Below, one piece after another: positions 43,637 through 58,702 of a stretch of 64,000 bases of DNA. A program made the position numbers and the translations under genes. Source of the DNA: the human T2T-CHM13v2.0 reference genome, Homo sapiens. Positions within the stretch are counted from its first letter, which is position 1, and each line of letters begins with the position of its first letter. The stretch lies in assembly GCF_009914755.1 (NCBI RefSeq), contig NC_060927.1; one strand, 5' to 3'. The notes under the pieces were generated by a model. It ran no database searches and was not told the DNA's origin. It saw only the letters and a program-made list of their open reading frames with translations.

Positions 43637-44013
43637 TTTCACGTGCATCCATGTGAAGAGACCACCAAACAGGCTTTGTGTGAGCAATAAAGCTTTTTAA
43701 TCACATGGGTGCAGGGGGGCTGAGTCCGAAAAGAGAGTCAGTGAAGGGAGATAGGGGCGGGTCCATTTTATAGGATTTGTGTAGGTAGTGGAAAATTACA
43801 GTCAAAGTGGGTTGTTCTCTGGCTGGCAGGGGCAGGGGTCAGAAGGTGCTCAGTAGGGGAACTTTCGAGCCATAATAAGCCAGGAGAAGGAATTTCACAA
43901 GGTAATGTCATCAGTTAAGGCAGGAACCAGCCATTTTCACTTCTTTTGTGATTCTTCAGTTACTTCAGGCCATCTGGAAGAATACAGGCAGGTTTGGGCT
44001 CAGAGGCCTGACA
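43637..44013 (-). mobile_element. Middle LTR7
   Basis: TTTCACGTGCATCC...GAGGCCTGACA, complete. Confidence 0.95.
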
Positions 44014-44495
44014 TTAGTGTCTTCTTACATTAATAAGAAAAATAAAACAAAATAGTGTTCAAGTGTTGGGGTGGCGAAAATTTTGGGGGGTGGTATGGAG
44101 AGATAATGGGCAATGTTTCTCAGGGCTGCATCGAGCGGGATTAGGGGTGGCCTGGGATCCTAGAGTGGGAGAGATTAACATGAAGGAAGATTTTGTAGTA
44201 AGGAGTAATATTGTGGGGTTTTAGAAGGAGCATTTGTCATATAGAATGATTGGTGATGACCTGGCTGCAGTTTTGTATGAATTGAGAAACCAAGCAGAAG
44301 ATACGAGATCCGAATAAAAGAAGGAGAAAAATAGATATTAAAGGACTAAGAATTGGGAGGACCCAGGACATCGGATTAGAGAGTGCTTAAGGGGGTTCAG
44401 CATAATTACCTGCTTGGTTGGTGAGTTTTTGGGAAGAGATCATTAGTCCATTTTACCTTTCCTGAAGATTGAGGATGGTAAGGGGTATGAAGGTT

Positions 44496-45390
44496 CTACT
44501 GAATACCAAGAGCCTGAGAAACTGCTTGGGTGATTTGACTAATAAAGGCCGGTCCATTATCGGATTGTATAGAGGTGGGAAGGCCAAACTGAGGAATTAT
44601 GTCTGACAGAAGGGAAGAAATGACCATGGTGGCCTTCTCATGCCCTGTAGGAAAGGCCTCTACCCATCCAGTGAAAGTGTCTACGCAGACCAAGAGGTAT
44701 TTTAGTTTCCTGACTCAGGGCATGTGAGTAAAGTTAATTTTCCAGTCCTGGGTGGGCACAAATCCTCCAGCTTGATGTGTAGGGAAGGGAGGGGGCCTGA
44801 ACAATCCCTGAGGAGTAGTAGAATAGCAGATGGAACACTGAGAAGTGATTTCCTTGAGGTTAGATTTCCATGATGGAAAGAAAATGAGAGGTTCTAAGGC
44901 AGGCTAGTGGCTTGTAACCTACATGGAAGAGGTTATGAAATGATGATAGAATAGAATGGGCCCATGAGGCTGGAAGGAGATATTTTCCTTGGTCCAAGAA
45001 CCATTTGCCTTGTGTGGGAAGAGATTGATAGGTGGAAGTTTCAGTGGGAGAGCACGTGGGATTGATCAATAAGAAGGAGAAAAGCTGACCATGAGGGACA
45101 GAAGTTGGAATGCTAGCTGCTTCTTTAGCTACCTTATCAGCATAAGTGTTGCCCTGAGCGATGGGATCTGATGCCTTTTGGTGGCCCTTGCAGTGTATGA
45201 CTCCAGCTTCCTTTGGAGGTAAAGCGACCTTGAGAAGAGTTTTTATTAAAGAGGAATTAATGATGGAGGACCCTTGTGTAGTGAGGAAACCTCTTTCAGC
45301 CCATATAACAGCATGGTAGTGCAGTATATGGAAGGCATGTTTAGAGTCACTATAAATATTGACATGTAATTCCTTTGCAAGAGTGAGGGC
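44496..45390 (-). pseudogene. pol: HERV-H pol RNase H end and integrase remnant
   Basis: [14 protein letters not shown]...[25 protein letters not shown]; frameshifted and truncated. Confidence 0.9.
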
Positions 45391-46441
45391 TCAAGTTAAG
45401 GCAATGAGTTTGGCTTGCTGAGAGGTAGAGGAGGGGGGCAGAGCAGTAGCCTCAATGATAGATGTGGAAGATACTATAGCATAGCCTGCTTTTGCTGGTC
45501 TGTGGCGATTAGTCCTGGTGGAACTGCCATCAATAAACCAGGTGTGATCAGGGTGAGGAACAGGAAAGAAGGAAATATGGGGAAATGGAGTGAATGTCAG
45601 GTGGATCAAAGAGATACAGTCATGGGGGTCAGATGTGGTCTCTGGAATAATGTGGAAGGCCAGATTGAAGTCTGGGCCAGGAACAATTGTAACTGTGGGA
45701 GACTCAACAAAGAGTGAGTATAGCTGAAGAAGCCGGGGAGCAGAAAGTATATGCATCAGGTGGGAGGAAGAGAATAGATTTTGGAAGTTATGAGAACTGT
45801 AGAGAGTGAGCTGAGCATACTTTATGATTTGTAAGGCCTCTAAAAGTATTAGGGCCACGGCAGCTGCTGCAGGGAGACATGATGGCCAGCCTAAAACAGT
45901 AAGGTCAAGTTGTTTGAACAAAAAGGCTACAGGGTGTGGTCCCGGTACTTGTATAAGAATTCTGACTACATGGTCTTGCGCTTCGGCTGTGTGTAATGAA
46001 AAGGGTTGGGATGAGTCAGGGAGAGCTAGTGTGAGAGCAGTCTCTAAAGCTATCTTCATGGAACGAAAAGAGGAGTGGGGAAAGGATTTAAGATCCATGG
46101 AGTCAGGTATGTTTATCTAGAATAGAATAATGGGTTGTGGAGGGAGGTATTGAGGATAGGAGAGTATATGGGTTTGGAGCCACGGGGTGGATAGGCAAGA
46201 CAATTTGGTTGATAAAGCACAGATCCTGAACTAACCTGTAAGGCTTGTCTGGTTTTTGGACAGGTAAAACGGGGGAATTGTAAGGAGAATTTATAGGCTT
46301 TAAAAGGCCATGCTGAAACAGGCGAGTGATAACAGGCTTTAATCCTTTTAAAGAGTGCTGTGGGATGGGATATTGGCATTGAGCAGGGTAAGAGTGATTA
46401 GGTTTTAATGGGATGGTAAGGGATGCGTGATTGGTCACCAA
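45391..46441 (-). pseudogene. pol: HERV-H pol RT N-terminus, connection and RNase H start; RT core deleted
   Basis: SPYNSPVLPVQKPDKPYRLVQDL, then a jump near 46105 to LALPDSSQPFSLH...WFIDGSS; no YxDD motif seen. Confidence 0.9.
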
Positions 46442-46459
46442 GGAGGGAGCAGAGGTGTC

Positions 46460-46840
46460 CTATACTTGTGGGTTAAGGTGGAGAGATACAAGGGGAGGAT
46501 GTGAAGGAGGCTTTGAACTGGGGAAAAGGGCAGCAATGAGGTGCGGTTGTAGCCTAGGAATAGTCAGGGAAGCAGATAATTTAGTTAAAATGCCTAGACC
46601 TAATAACGGAGCTGGGAAAGTGGGGATAAATAAAAAGGAGTGCATAAAAAAATATTGTCCAAGTTGGCACCACAGTTGGGGAGTTTCAAGAGGTTTAGAA
46701 GCCTGACCGTCAATACTCACAACAGTTATGGAGGCAAAGGAAACAGGCCCTTGAAAAGAAGGTAATGTAGAGTGGGTAGCCTCCGTATTGATTAAGAAGG
46801 GGATGGACTTACCCTCCACTGTAAGAGTTACCCAAAGCAT
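46460..46840 (-). pseudogene. pro: HERV-H protease remnant
   Basis: VTLTVEGKSIPFLINTEATHS (catalytic DTGA degenerate) ... PLLGLGIL. Confidence 0.88.
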
Positions 46841-46880
46841 CTGTGATGGTACAGGAAGCTTCTGAGGTGATTGGGCAGCA

Positions 46881-48050
46881 TCAGTCTTCAGCTGCTAAGC
46901 CAAGAAGATCTGGGAAGGAGTCAGTCAGAGAGCCTTGGGCCAGAGTTCCAGGGGCTCTGGGAGTGGCTGCTGGGTGAGTTGGACAGTCCGATTTCCATTG
47001 GGGTCCCACACAGAAGGGACAAGGCTTAGGAGGAATCTCAGGCTGCAGGCATTCCTTGGCCCAGTGGCCAGATTTCTGGCCCTTGAAGCAAGATCCTGAT
47101 GGAGAAGGTCCTGTAGGAATGCTTAACTGCTGTGGCTTAGGCATTTTGAAGTTCTTGTGTGCTGGATATGTGGCTGGGGTTTCTCTCACAGTGAAGGCAA
47201 GGAATTGCAACTCAGAAATACATTGCTACTTGGCTGCCTCTACTCTATTATTGTACACCTTGAAAGCGAGGTTAATTAAGTCCTGTTGTGGGGTTTGAGG
47301 GCCGGAATCTAATTTTTGGAGCTTTATTTAATGTTGGGAGTAGATTGGGTAATAAAATAAAGTACATATTGAGAATAAGATGGCCTTCTGACCTTTCAGG
47401 GTCCAGGGCTGTAAAGCATCTCAGGGTTGCTGTCAAACGAGCCATGAACTGGGCTGAGTTTTTATATTTGAAGAAAAAGAGCCTAAACACTAACTGATTT
47501 GGGAGAGGTCGGATAAAGAAAAAGGAGCATTAACCTTGACTATGCCTTTATCTCTAGGCACCTCTTTAAGAGGAAATTGTTGGGCAGGTAGGGGAGGGCT
47601 AGTCGTGGAATGAAACTGTAAACAGGACTGGGTGTGAGAAGGGGAGGTGATAAAAGGATTATAGGGTGGGGGAGTGGAGGCTGAGGAAGAATTGGAACCT
47701 GGCTCAGCCCAGTGAGGAGTAGCCTGGGGAGGAGGGGAGAGGTCAGATGGGTCTTTAAAAAAGGAAGATTGGAAAGTCTCAGGAACACTTGGGGTTGGGA
47801 CTGAGGGGACAGGCAGGAGGGAAAGAAGGAAGATTTGGGACGAGTTGCATTGGGAAGAGAGACTAGGGAGGGACTGATATGTAAAAGAATGCCTGGATGT
47901 CAGGCACCGCAGACCATTTGCCCATTTTACGACAAGAATTATCTAGATCTTGTAAGATGGAAATATCAAAAGTTTTCTGGCTACTTGGAACCATTATTGA
48001 GTTTGTATTGGGGTTAAGTGGCATTGCAGAAGAAAATAAGGCATTTAGGT
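46881..48050 (-). pseudogene. gag: HERV-H gag remnant
   Basis: Broken zinc knuckles CFKGQKSGHWAKEC and CPFCVGPQWKSDC; ends DLLGLAAED*. Confidence 0.85.
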
Positions 48051-48159
48051 TTTAGGTCAGGTGTGAGTTGAAGAGGTTTTAAGTTCTTGAAGAACACAGG
48101 CTAAGGGAGAAGAAGGAGGAATGGAGGGTGAAAGTTCGCCTATAGTGAAGGAGGCAAGT

Positions 48160-48395
48160 CCAGAGAAAAGAGAAGGTGGAGACATGGAGAGAAGGGATGG
48201 GGGGTGCTTGCCCCCCAGGTAAGTGGAGAGAAAAGAGAGGGTAGAGACATGGAGAGAAGGGGTCGGGGGGTGCTTGCCCCCCAAGAAAGTGGAGAAGGGG
48301 TGGGGGGTGCTTGCCCCCCAGGAAAGTGGAGAGAAAAGAGAGGGTAGAGACACGGAGAGAAGGCGTGGGGAGGTGCTTGCCCCCCAGGAAAGTGG
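48160..48395. repeat. HERV-H leader tandem repeats
   Basis: Four copies of GG(G/A)GGTGCTTGCCCCC...AAGTGG. Confidence 0.9.
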
Positions 48396-48843
48396 TGTTT
48401 GCCACTAAGGGAGAAGGATCAAGACAGGCATCCCCGCAGTGATCAGACACCTCTGAAACGTGGGTGAATAATCAAGCAGGTGTCCCCGCAATGATTAAAC
48501 ACCAAGGAAAGACTGTCTTCCCGAGTCCGTGACCAGTGACCAGTGCTGGAGTTTTGAGTTCATGGATAAAACACATCTCCTCTCTCTCTACCAGAAAAGG
48601 AAAGGAACTGAAATTAAGAGAAAGGAGAGCTTGAAAGATGGCACCAAGATTGAAAGGAGAAAGAGATTGAGGGATAGTGAGAGAGGTTGGAGAAGAGAGT
48701 AAAAAGAGGCTGCTTACCCCATTTAAAATTGGTGTGATGTTCCTTGGGCTGGTTGGTCTGAGGACCTGAGGTCGTAGGTGGATCTTTCTCAGGGAGCAAA
48801 GAGCAGGAGGACAGGGGATTAATCTCCCAAGGGAGGTCCCCCG

Positions 48844-48861
48844 ATCCGAGTCATGGCACCA
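48844..48861 (-). promoter_or_regulatory. tRNA-His primer-binding site
   Basis: TGGTGCCATGACTCGGAT, 17/18 match to TGGTGCCGTGACTCGGAT, 2 nt after the 5' LTR. Confidence 0.93.
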
Positions 48862-48863
48862 AA

Positions 48864-49231
48864 TTTCACGCACGTCCATGTGAAGAGACCACCAAACAGA
48901 CTTTGTGTGAGCAGTGAAGCTTTTTAATCACCTGGATGCAAGTGGGCTGAGTCCAAAAAGGGAGTCAGCGAAAGGAGATAGGGGTGCAGCCGTTTTATAG
49001 GATTTGGGTGGGTAGTGGAAAATTACAGTCAAAGGGGGTTGTTCTCTGACAGGCAGGGGTGGGGGGTCACAAGGTGCTCAGTGGGGGAGCTTCTGAGCCA
49101 GGAGAAGGAATTTCACAAGGTAATGCCATCAGTTAAGGCAGGAACTGGACATTTTCACTTCTTTTGTCATTCTTCAGTTACTTCAGGCCATCTGGATGTA
49201 TACGTGCAGACTTGGGCCCAGAGGCCTGACA
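48864..49231 (-). mobile_element. 5' LTR7 (promoter LTR)
   Basis: Adjacent to the primer-binding site; TATA box CCTATAAAA on the minus strand near 48993-49001. Confidence 0.95.
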
Positions 49232-50146
49232 TGAACAATCTCCATGTCCAGTACTTTTCACATTCCTATAAATTCTACATATTAAATATCTTTAATTCTG
49301 GCCACCTTCATTTATGTCTACTGCAAGAATGTTAATCCAAATGTTGATACTCATATTTTACAGAAATTAAATGAGCTTTGGTTATCCACATTTTCTCCTC
49401 ACCCTTTCATGATTTCAATACATTCTTCTCACAGCAATTAAAGTCTTAAAATATGAACTATATAAAGTCATTTATTTAGATACTTAATATTCTTTAATAC
49501 TTTTCAGTTTCTCTTAAAATAAACTTCCAATATTTAAAAGACCCTATACTCTTTTAAACAGGCATTACTCATAAGAAACTGAATTAATATGTGAATGTTT
49601 TCTCCTGTAAAACTGCATAGAAGAAAAGTAAATTACTTCAATTCAGCGAGGCTTTTATATGTAAAAGGATGGTATTTTTAGAAATTATTAAATCAAGTTT
49701 GTTTGTTTGTCTTTCTGATTTAACCTATAGAGGATTTCTAAGTGGTATGAAAGCACTCCTCTTTTCCAGAGATTTCTATAGAAATATGTTTTAAATTATG
49801 CTATGTCACACTTAGTACTATGGCTAAATATGGGCATAAAACCTTTTTATTAACATCTTTTATCCCAGATGAGAAAATGCTAAAATATTTAAAGAAAAAA
49901 TCTTTAATAAAATCTCAAGCGTTTTCTAGCCTTGCATATAGGAAACTCCAATTCCATCCCAGCCTAGCCATCTGTTCTTCCAAGGGTAGGAGGAGAAGTG
50001 AATTTGAGAAGCACTTGTGAAATTTACAGTTCAAAAGCACAGGCTTACTAAAGACTAAGGCTTAATCATAGGATGCTTCCCTCTGCCACACCTTAACACT
50101 ACATTCCTAAAGACCTAAAAGGAACTTACTTGTTCCTTTTACTCAA

Positions 50147-50557
50147 TGCTATAGTTTGGATTTATTGTGTTTCCTCCAGAATTCATGTTGAAGTTTAATT
50201 TCCAGTGCAACAGCATTAAGAAGTGAGGCCTTTAGGAAGTTATTAGAACAAGATGGCTCCACCCTCATGAATGTGATTAGTGCCTCTTAAAAAGACTTAA
50301 GGAAATTAGCTAGATTCTTTTGCCCTTCTGCCTTCTAACATATGAAGATAAAGCATTCACCTCTTCTGCCATGTGAGAACACAGCAATACTGCATCATTT
50401 TTTGAAAAGAGAGAACAATCTCTCACTGGACACTGAATCTGCCAATACCTTGATCTTGCACCTCCCAGGCTCCAGAGCTCTTAGAAAATAAATTTATGTT
50501 TTATATACTTACCCTGTCTTGTGCATTTTATTATAGCAGCAGAAACAGACTAAGATA
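50147..50557 (+). mobile_element. MST/MLT1A-type MaLR solo LTR
   Basis: TGCTATAGTTTGGA...TTATAGCAGCAGAAACAGACTAAGATA. Confidence 0.88.
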
Positions 50558-51778
50558 ACCGCATATTATGTTTAGCTATCAAGAAAAAAATTACAAGGCA
50601 TACCAAAGGCACAAAACACAATTTGAAGAGATAGACTAAGCATTAGAACCAAATCCAGATTTGTCAGGGAGGCTGTAATTATCATAACAGACATTAAAAC
50701 AAATGTAATTAATATGCTAAAGAGCCTAATGAGTAAAGTAGACTGTATCAAAAACAGATGAACAATTAAAGTAGAGAGAAGGAAATTCTAAAAAAATGAT
50801 CAAAAAGAAAGGCTAGAGATCAAACACTGTAACAGAAATTAACAAGATCTTTCATAGGCTGGACAGTAAACTGGACAATACCAAAGAAGAATCTCTGAGC
50901 CTGAGGATACTTCAGTAGAAACTTTCAAAACTGAAAAGGAGAGAGGAAAAAGAAAACAGGGAACAGTGTATCCATGAATTGTGGGACAATTACAAAACAT
51001 CTTATACACATATAATGGGATTAATAGAAGGAGAAGGAAGAGAGATAGGGAAAAAATATTTGAAACAATAAAGACTGAGAATTTTTCCCAAATTAATGTC
51101 AAATAACCAAACAACAGATCAGATAACCAAGAAAAGAAGCTCAGAGAACACCAGCAAAATATTTGCCAAAACCCCTATAACTAGACATATTGATTCATAC
51201 TACAGAAAATCAATCTTGAAATAAGCCAGAGGGAAAAAATAGTACCTTCTGTATAGAAGAGCAAAGATAAGAATTATGTCTGACTTCTCAGAAACTATAC
51301 AAGCATTAAGATTGTAAAATGAAATATTTAAAGAGTTGAGAGAAAAAAATACCCAACAACCAAGAATTCTGTTCTCTATGAAATTACCTTTCAAAAGCGA
51401 GGAAGAAATAGACTTGTTCATACAAACCCACATTGAGAGATTTGTTGCCAGTTGGTCTGCTACGCAAGAAAATTAAAAGAAGTTCTTTAAAGAGAAGAAA
51501 AATTATCCAGATCAGAAACAGATCCATTTATAAAATAGGAAGAGCATAAAAGAAAGTAAGTAAAAGTGAAAAAAAAATATTTTTTCCTTATTCTTAATTG
51601 ATCTAACATAACAGTTTGTTCAAAATAATAGCAACAATCTATTTTATTGGTTTGCATATGTATGTAAGCTTGTTTACGCTTACATGTAAGTAAAATAATA
51701 ACATCAATGATGCAAGAAATGGGAGGAGGAATTAGGGTTATTATATTATACAAAGTAATAATAATTACAAGTACTTGA

Positions 51779-52128
<350 letters not shown>

Positions 52129-55100
52129 TATACTGTTATTTTTTAAGTGGACTTGGATTATCTGTAACAGCATATTGCAGAGGGAGGGGATTCAAGTTGG
52201 CTGACTAGCGGTATCTGGTACTTGCCTCCTTCACAAAGAGGAACTACAATAGCAGGCAGATTATCACATATCACATAGACCATATAAGGGAGAACATTGA
52301 TATTCAGTAGAGAAGTGAGAGGAAACACCTAAGACAAGGAAGGAGAGGAAAGCACGGGAGCTTGGTTATCTGGGCCCTGCTGGGAACTTAGAGAGACTCT
52401 CCAATTTGGGGAAAGAGTAAGTTAGCGGACCCTAGCAGCCTGCATTCCTACCACAGTCTCCTCCAATCCTAGGAAGAAGAGGCCCACTTTACCCTCAAAG
52501 GCCCTGAGAGTAACATAGGGAGCTGCCTGGAGACAGTGAGTTGGCATAGTCCAGAGAGAAAGCTAATGCTGCTTCCCACCTTCCCCTGAAGTCTTAAGCT
52601 AGAGTATGGCACTATTTTGAGAGCCCAGCTCCCACCAGGTAGCATCCTGCTCTGGAGCCCAACAACCCCTACAACTCCACATCCCTAGAGCTCCATAGAC
52701 ATCCCCTACCCCTAGACAAAATGGTGGCTGGCTGCTGCTTTCAGAGCTGTAATGCAAGCTATTGGCAGTGACCTAACTATCCCCAGTAGTGAGGCCATTA
52801 TGCATTTACAAGCATAATGTAGGTTTCATTATAGGCAGTGGCAGGGTCATCCTAAGGCCCCTGGTGTAATATCTGAGTTGGGGCAGCAGTGGCTGCAGCT
52901 GTAAGCAGGCAGTTGGGAAGTGTGTAGCTCAGTTATCACCCTGCTTGCAGCTATCACCTGGGTCCAAAATACATACTCCCCAACTGCCTGCCTACAGTTG
53001 TAGCCACTGCTGCACCAAGTCAAGCATTACACCAGGGGCCTGTGCATTACCCTGCCACTGACTATCATAGCTAGCAGCGACATGCACCACAAAGGGTCCT
53101 GAAGAAAGATCTGAGTGGCACAGATGTGCTCCATTTCCACTCAGCACCTGAACTCACCAATCAGGAGCCTGAGAATAGCCCTGCCCAGTCTATCACCATT
53201 AGTACTTTAACATTCATCCTAGGGGCCAGAGGGCAAGCCCACGTGACACACCTTTACCACCACAGCTATCATTCATCCATATGTGCCACCCTCAGGCCTG
53301 GGAATATGCCCCCACCAAGCCTGTTGCAGCCACTGCCAACACAAGCACATATGGGAATGAGATGGTTATCATACCAGTGCTACTACTTCTGTTCATGCCA
53401 TGCTCACTGCCCAGGGACCCGAAGGTCTGCCCAACCAGCCAGCTCTCTGCTGCCATTGCTGTCACCCAAGCAAGCTGGCTGGAGGCCTAAGAATAGCCTA
53501 CCTGAATCTGTTAACTTTGGTGCCACCGTATGTTGCCCTGTGGCCCAAAGACAGGCTTAACAACAACATTTATAAAATCCTGAAACTAAAATTCAAATAA
53601 TATTTAAAAACTCAGTGAGATACATAAGAATGAACATTAAAAATACAAATAAATCAGAAATACAATTCAGAATATAAGTGAGAAATTTACCAAAGAGATA
53701 GATATCATAAAAAAGAACCAAACAAAAATTCTGAAACTGAAAAATTCATTGATTGAAATTAAAACAGAAGACATTTGAAAATTTCAACAATAGACTGGAC
53801 CAAGCAGAAGAAAGAATTTTAGAACTTGAAGACAGTTCTTTTGAAATAATCCAGTCAGATGAAAATATAGGAAGAAAACAAAGAATAATGAACAAAGTTT
53901 ATGTGACATAGGGGATATCATAAAGTGACCAAATATTTGAATTTTAAGTGTGCAGAAGGCAAAGTATAAATAAAAGAGACAGAAAATCTATTTAATGAAA
54001 TTATAACTGAAATAATTTCAAGTCTAGCAAGAGATTAGATAAGCAAAAACAGGGAGCTCACAGATTTCCAAATAGATCAAATTCTAAAAGGTCTTCTCTA
54101 TACGTTACAGTCAAACTGTCAAAAGTCAGAGAAATTCTAAAAACAGCAACAAAAACTGTCTAATCACTTATAAGGGAAGCCCTATAAGACTAACAGCAAA
54201 TTTCTTGGCAGAAACATTATAAGCTTGGTGAGAATGGAATGGTATATACAGACACTGAAGAAAAAAAATTAAAATGTCAGCCAAGCATATTATACCTAGC
54301 AAAGTTATACTTCATTAAAAAAATAAAGGAAACAAATATAGACTTGCTGAATGTGTAAAAAACCATGACCCAACTATATGCTGCAAGAAATTCTTCTCAC
54401 CTTTAAAGGCACTTATAAATTGAAAGCAAAACAACAAAAATGACATTCCATGCAAACAGAAACAAGCAGGAGTAGCTGTACTTATACCTGATAAAACAAG
54501 CCTTATGTCAAAAACAGTAAAAAGAGAAAGAGAAGCTTATTACATAATAATAAAGCAATAAATCTGCAAGGGAATTTAACAATTTTAAATATATATGAAC
54601 CCAACACTGAAACATCCAGACATACAAAATAAATAATATTAGACCTAAAGGGAGAGATAGAGTCCAAGGTAATACTTAAAGAGGACTTCAAAACCCCATG
54701 CTCAGCACTACAAAGATTATCTAGACAGAAAATTAACAAAGAAGCATTGAATTTAAAAAGCAATTTAGACCAAATGGACTTAACAGACATTCACAAACTA
54801 TTTCACCCAACAGCTACAGAATATACCATCTTCTCATCAGCATGCAGAAGGTTCTCAAGGATAGACTACAAGTTAGGTGACAAAACAACCCTTAACACAT
54901 TTTTTAAAATCAAAACATATCCAGTACCTTTTCAGGCTACAATGTAATAACATTAAAATCTACTAACAGGAGGAAATTTGGAAACTCCACAAACACATGG
55001 AAATTAAACAATATGCTCCTGAATGACCATTGTGTCAAGGAGGAAATAAAGAGGAAATCAAAAAAATTGAGACAAAAAATATACATAAATACAACATACA

Positions 55101-56139
55101 AAAACCTATGAGATACAGCAAAAACAATGCTAAGAGGGAAGTTTATAGCAATAAATGTCTGCATCAAAAATGTAGAAACACTTCACATAAACAGCCTAAT
55201 GGTGAACCACAAGGAAATAGAAAAGGAAAAACAAATCAAATAAAAAATTAGTAAAGGACAAGAAATATTACAGATCAGAGCAGAACTGAAATAGGGATTT
55301 TTTTTAAATTACCAATAATTAATGAAATAAAAGGTTGATTTTTTGAAAACATAAACAACATTAATAAATTCTAACCTAAACTAATCAAGGTTAAAAAATG
55401 AAAGAAGTCCTAAATAAACTCAAAACTAAAAAATGAAACATTACCATGGATAACACAGAAATAAAAAGACCATCAGAGACTACTATAAATATGTATATTG
55501 TAACAAACTAGAAATACTTGAAGAAATGAATAAATTTCTGGACACATCCAATCTAACAGAATTTAATCAGGAGGACACAGAAAACCTGAACAGACCAATA
55601 ATGAGTAATGAGATTGAATAAGTAATAAAAAGTCTCCTAATATATAAAAAGTCAGGACCAAAGGGCTTTACTGCTGAATTCTACCAAACTTACAAAAACT
55701 GACAATCCTCCTCAAACTATTTTAACAAATTGAAAAGGAGAAAATTATCTCTAGTTCATTCTATGAAACCCACATTACCTTAATAGCAAAACCAGACAAG
55801 AACACACAAGAACAAAAGAAAACTACAGGCCAGTATTTCTGATGAATATAAACACAAAAATCCTCAGCAAAACACAAGCACATTGAATTCTGCAGCACTC
55901 CAAAAAGATAACACACCATAATCAAGTGAAATTAGTCCCAGGGATGTAAGGATGCTTCAACATACACAAATCAGTAAGTATGCTGCATCACATTGATAGA
56001 AAGAAGGACAAAAATATATGATTTTCTTGAAGTAGAAAAAAAGACATTTAGTAAAATGTAGCATCTTTTCATGACAAAAACTCTCAACAAACTAGGCATG
56101 GAAGAAACATATACCCAAATAATGAAAGTCATATATTGA

Positions 56140-56649
<510 letters not shown>

Positions 56650-56654
56650 TGATC

Positions 56655-57050
56655 TTTTTTTGTTTTTGGTATTGTCACTGCTTTTTGTTTTATTTGTTCT
56701 ATTAAGTGTGTACAGATATTTCACTATGGTTTTTATTTGCATTTTCTAAATAGCTACTAATATTGACTATCCTTTCATAAGCTTGTCATCCATATGTCCT
56801 CTTTAGTGAAATAACTGTCTATGTCTTTTGCCAATTTCCATATTAGATTTTTTCTGTTGAATTTTGAGAGAATTCTTTACATATTACAGAAACTAGTCCT
56901 TTGGTGGATTTGTGATTTACAATTTTTTTCTTCCAGTTCATTGCTTGTCTTTTTATCCTCCTAACAAGGTCTTTCTAAGAACAATTTTTAAAATGTTTAA
57001 GTCCAAATAATTGACTCTTTTCATATCATGCTATTGGAATCTTTTTAAAA
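56655..57050 (-). other. Putative 3'-transduced segment (ancient L1M fragment) with AATAAA and short poly(A)
   Basis: Lies between the L1PA tail and T-tract 56655-56667; TTTATT at 56689-56694. Confidence 0.75.

Positions 57051-58702
<1,652 letters not shown>

Larger units (their letters stand above)
42785..49231 (-). mobile_element. HERV-H provirus with three LTR7-family LTRs
   Basis: LTRs TGTCAGGCCTCTG...TGAAA, His primer-binding site, gag/pro/pol remnants, 5-bp TSD TAAAC/TGAAC. Confidence 0.96.

Noticed and set aside
44496-47788. Coding-competent retrovirus or env-derived gene
   Set aside because: Frameshifts, protease active site degenerate, RT core deleted, integrase truncated, no env ORF.
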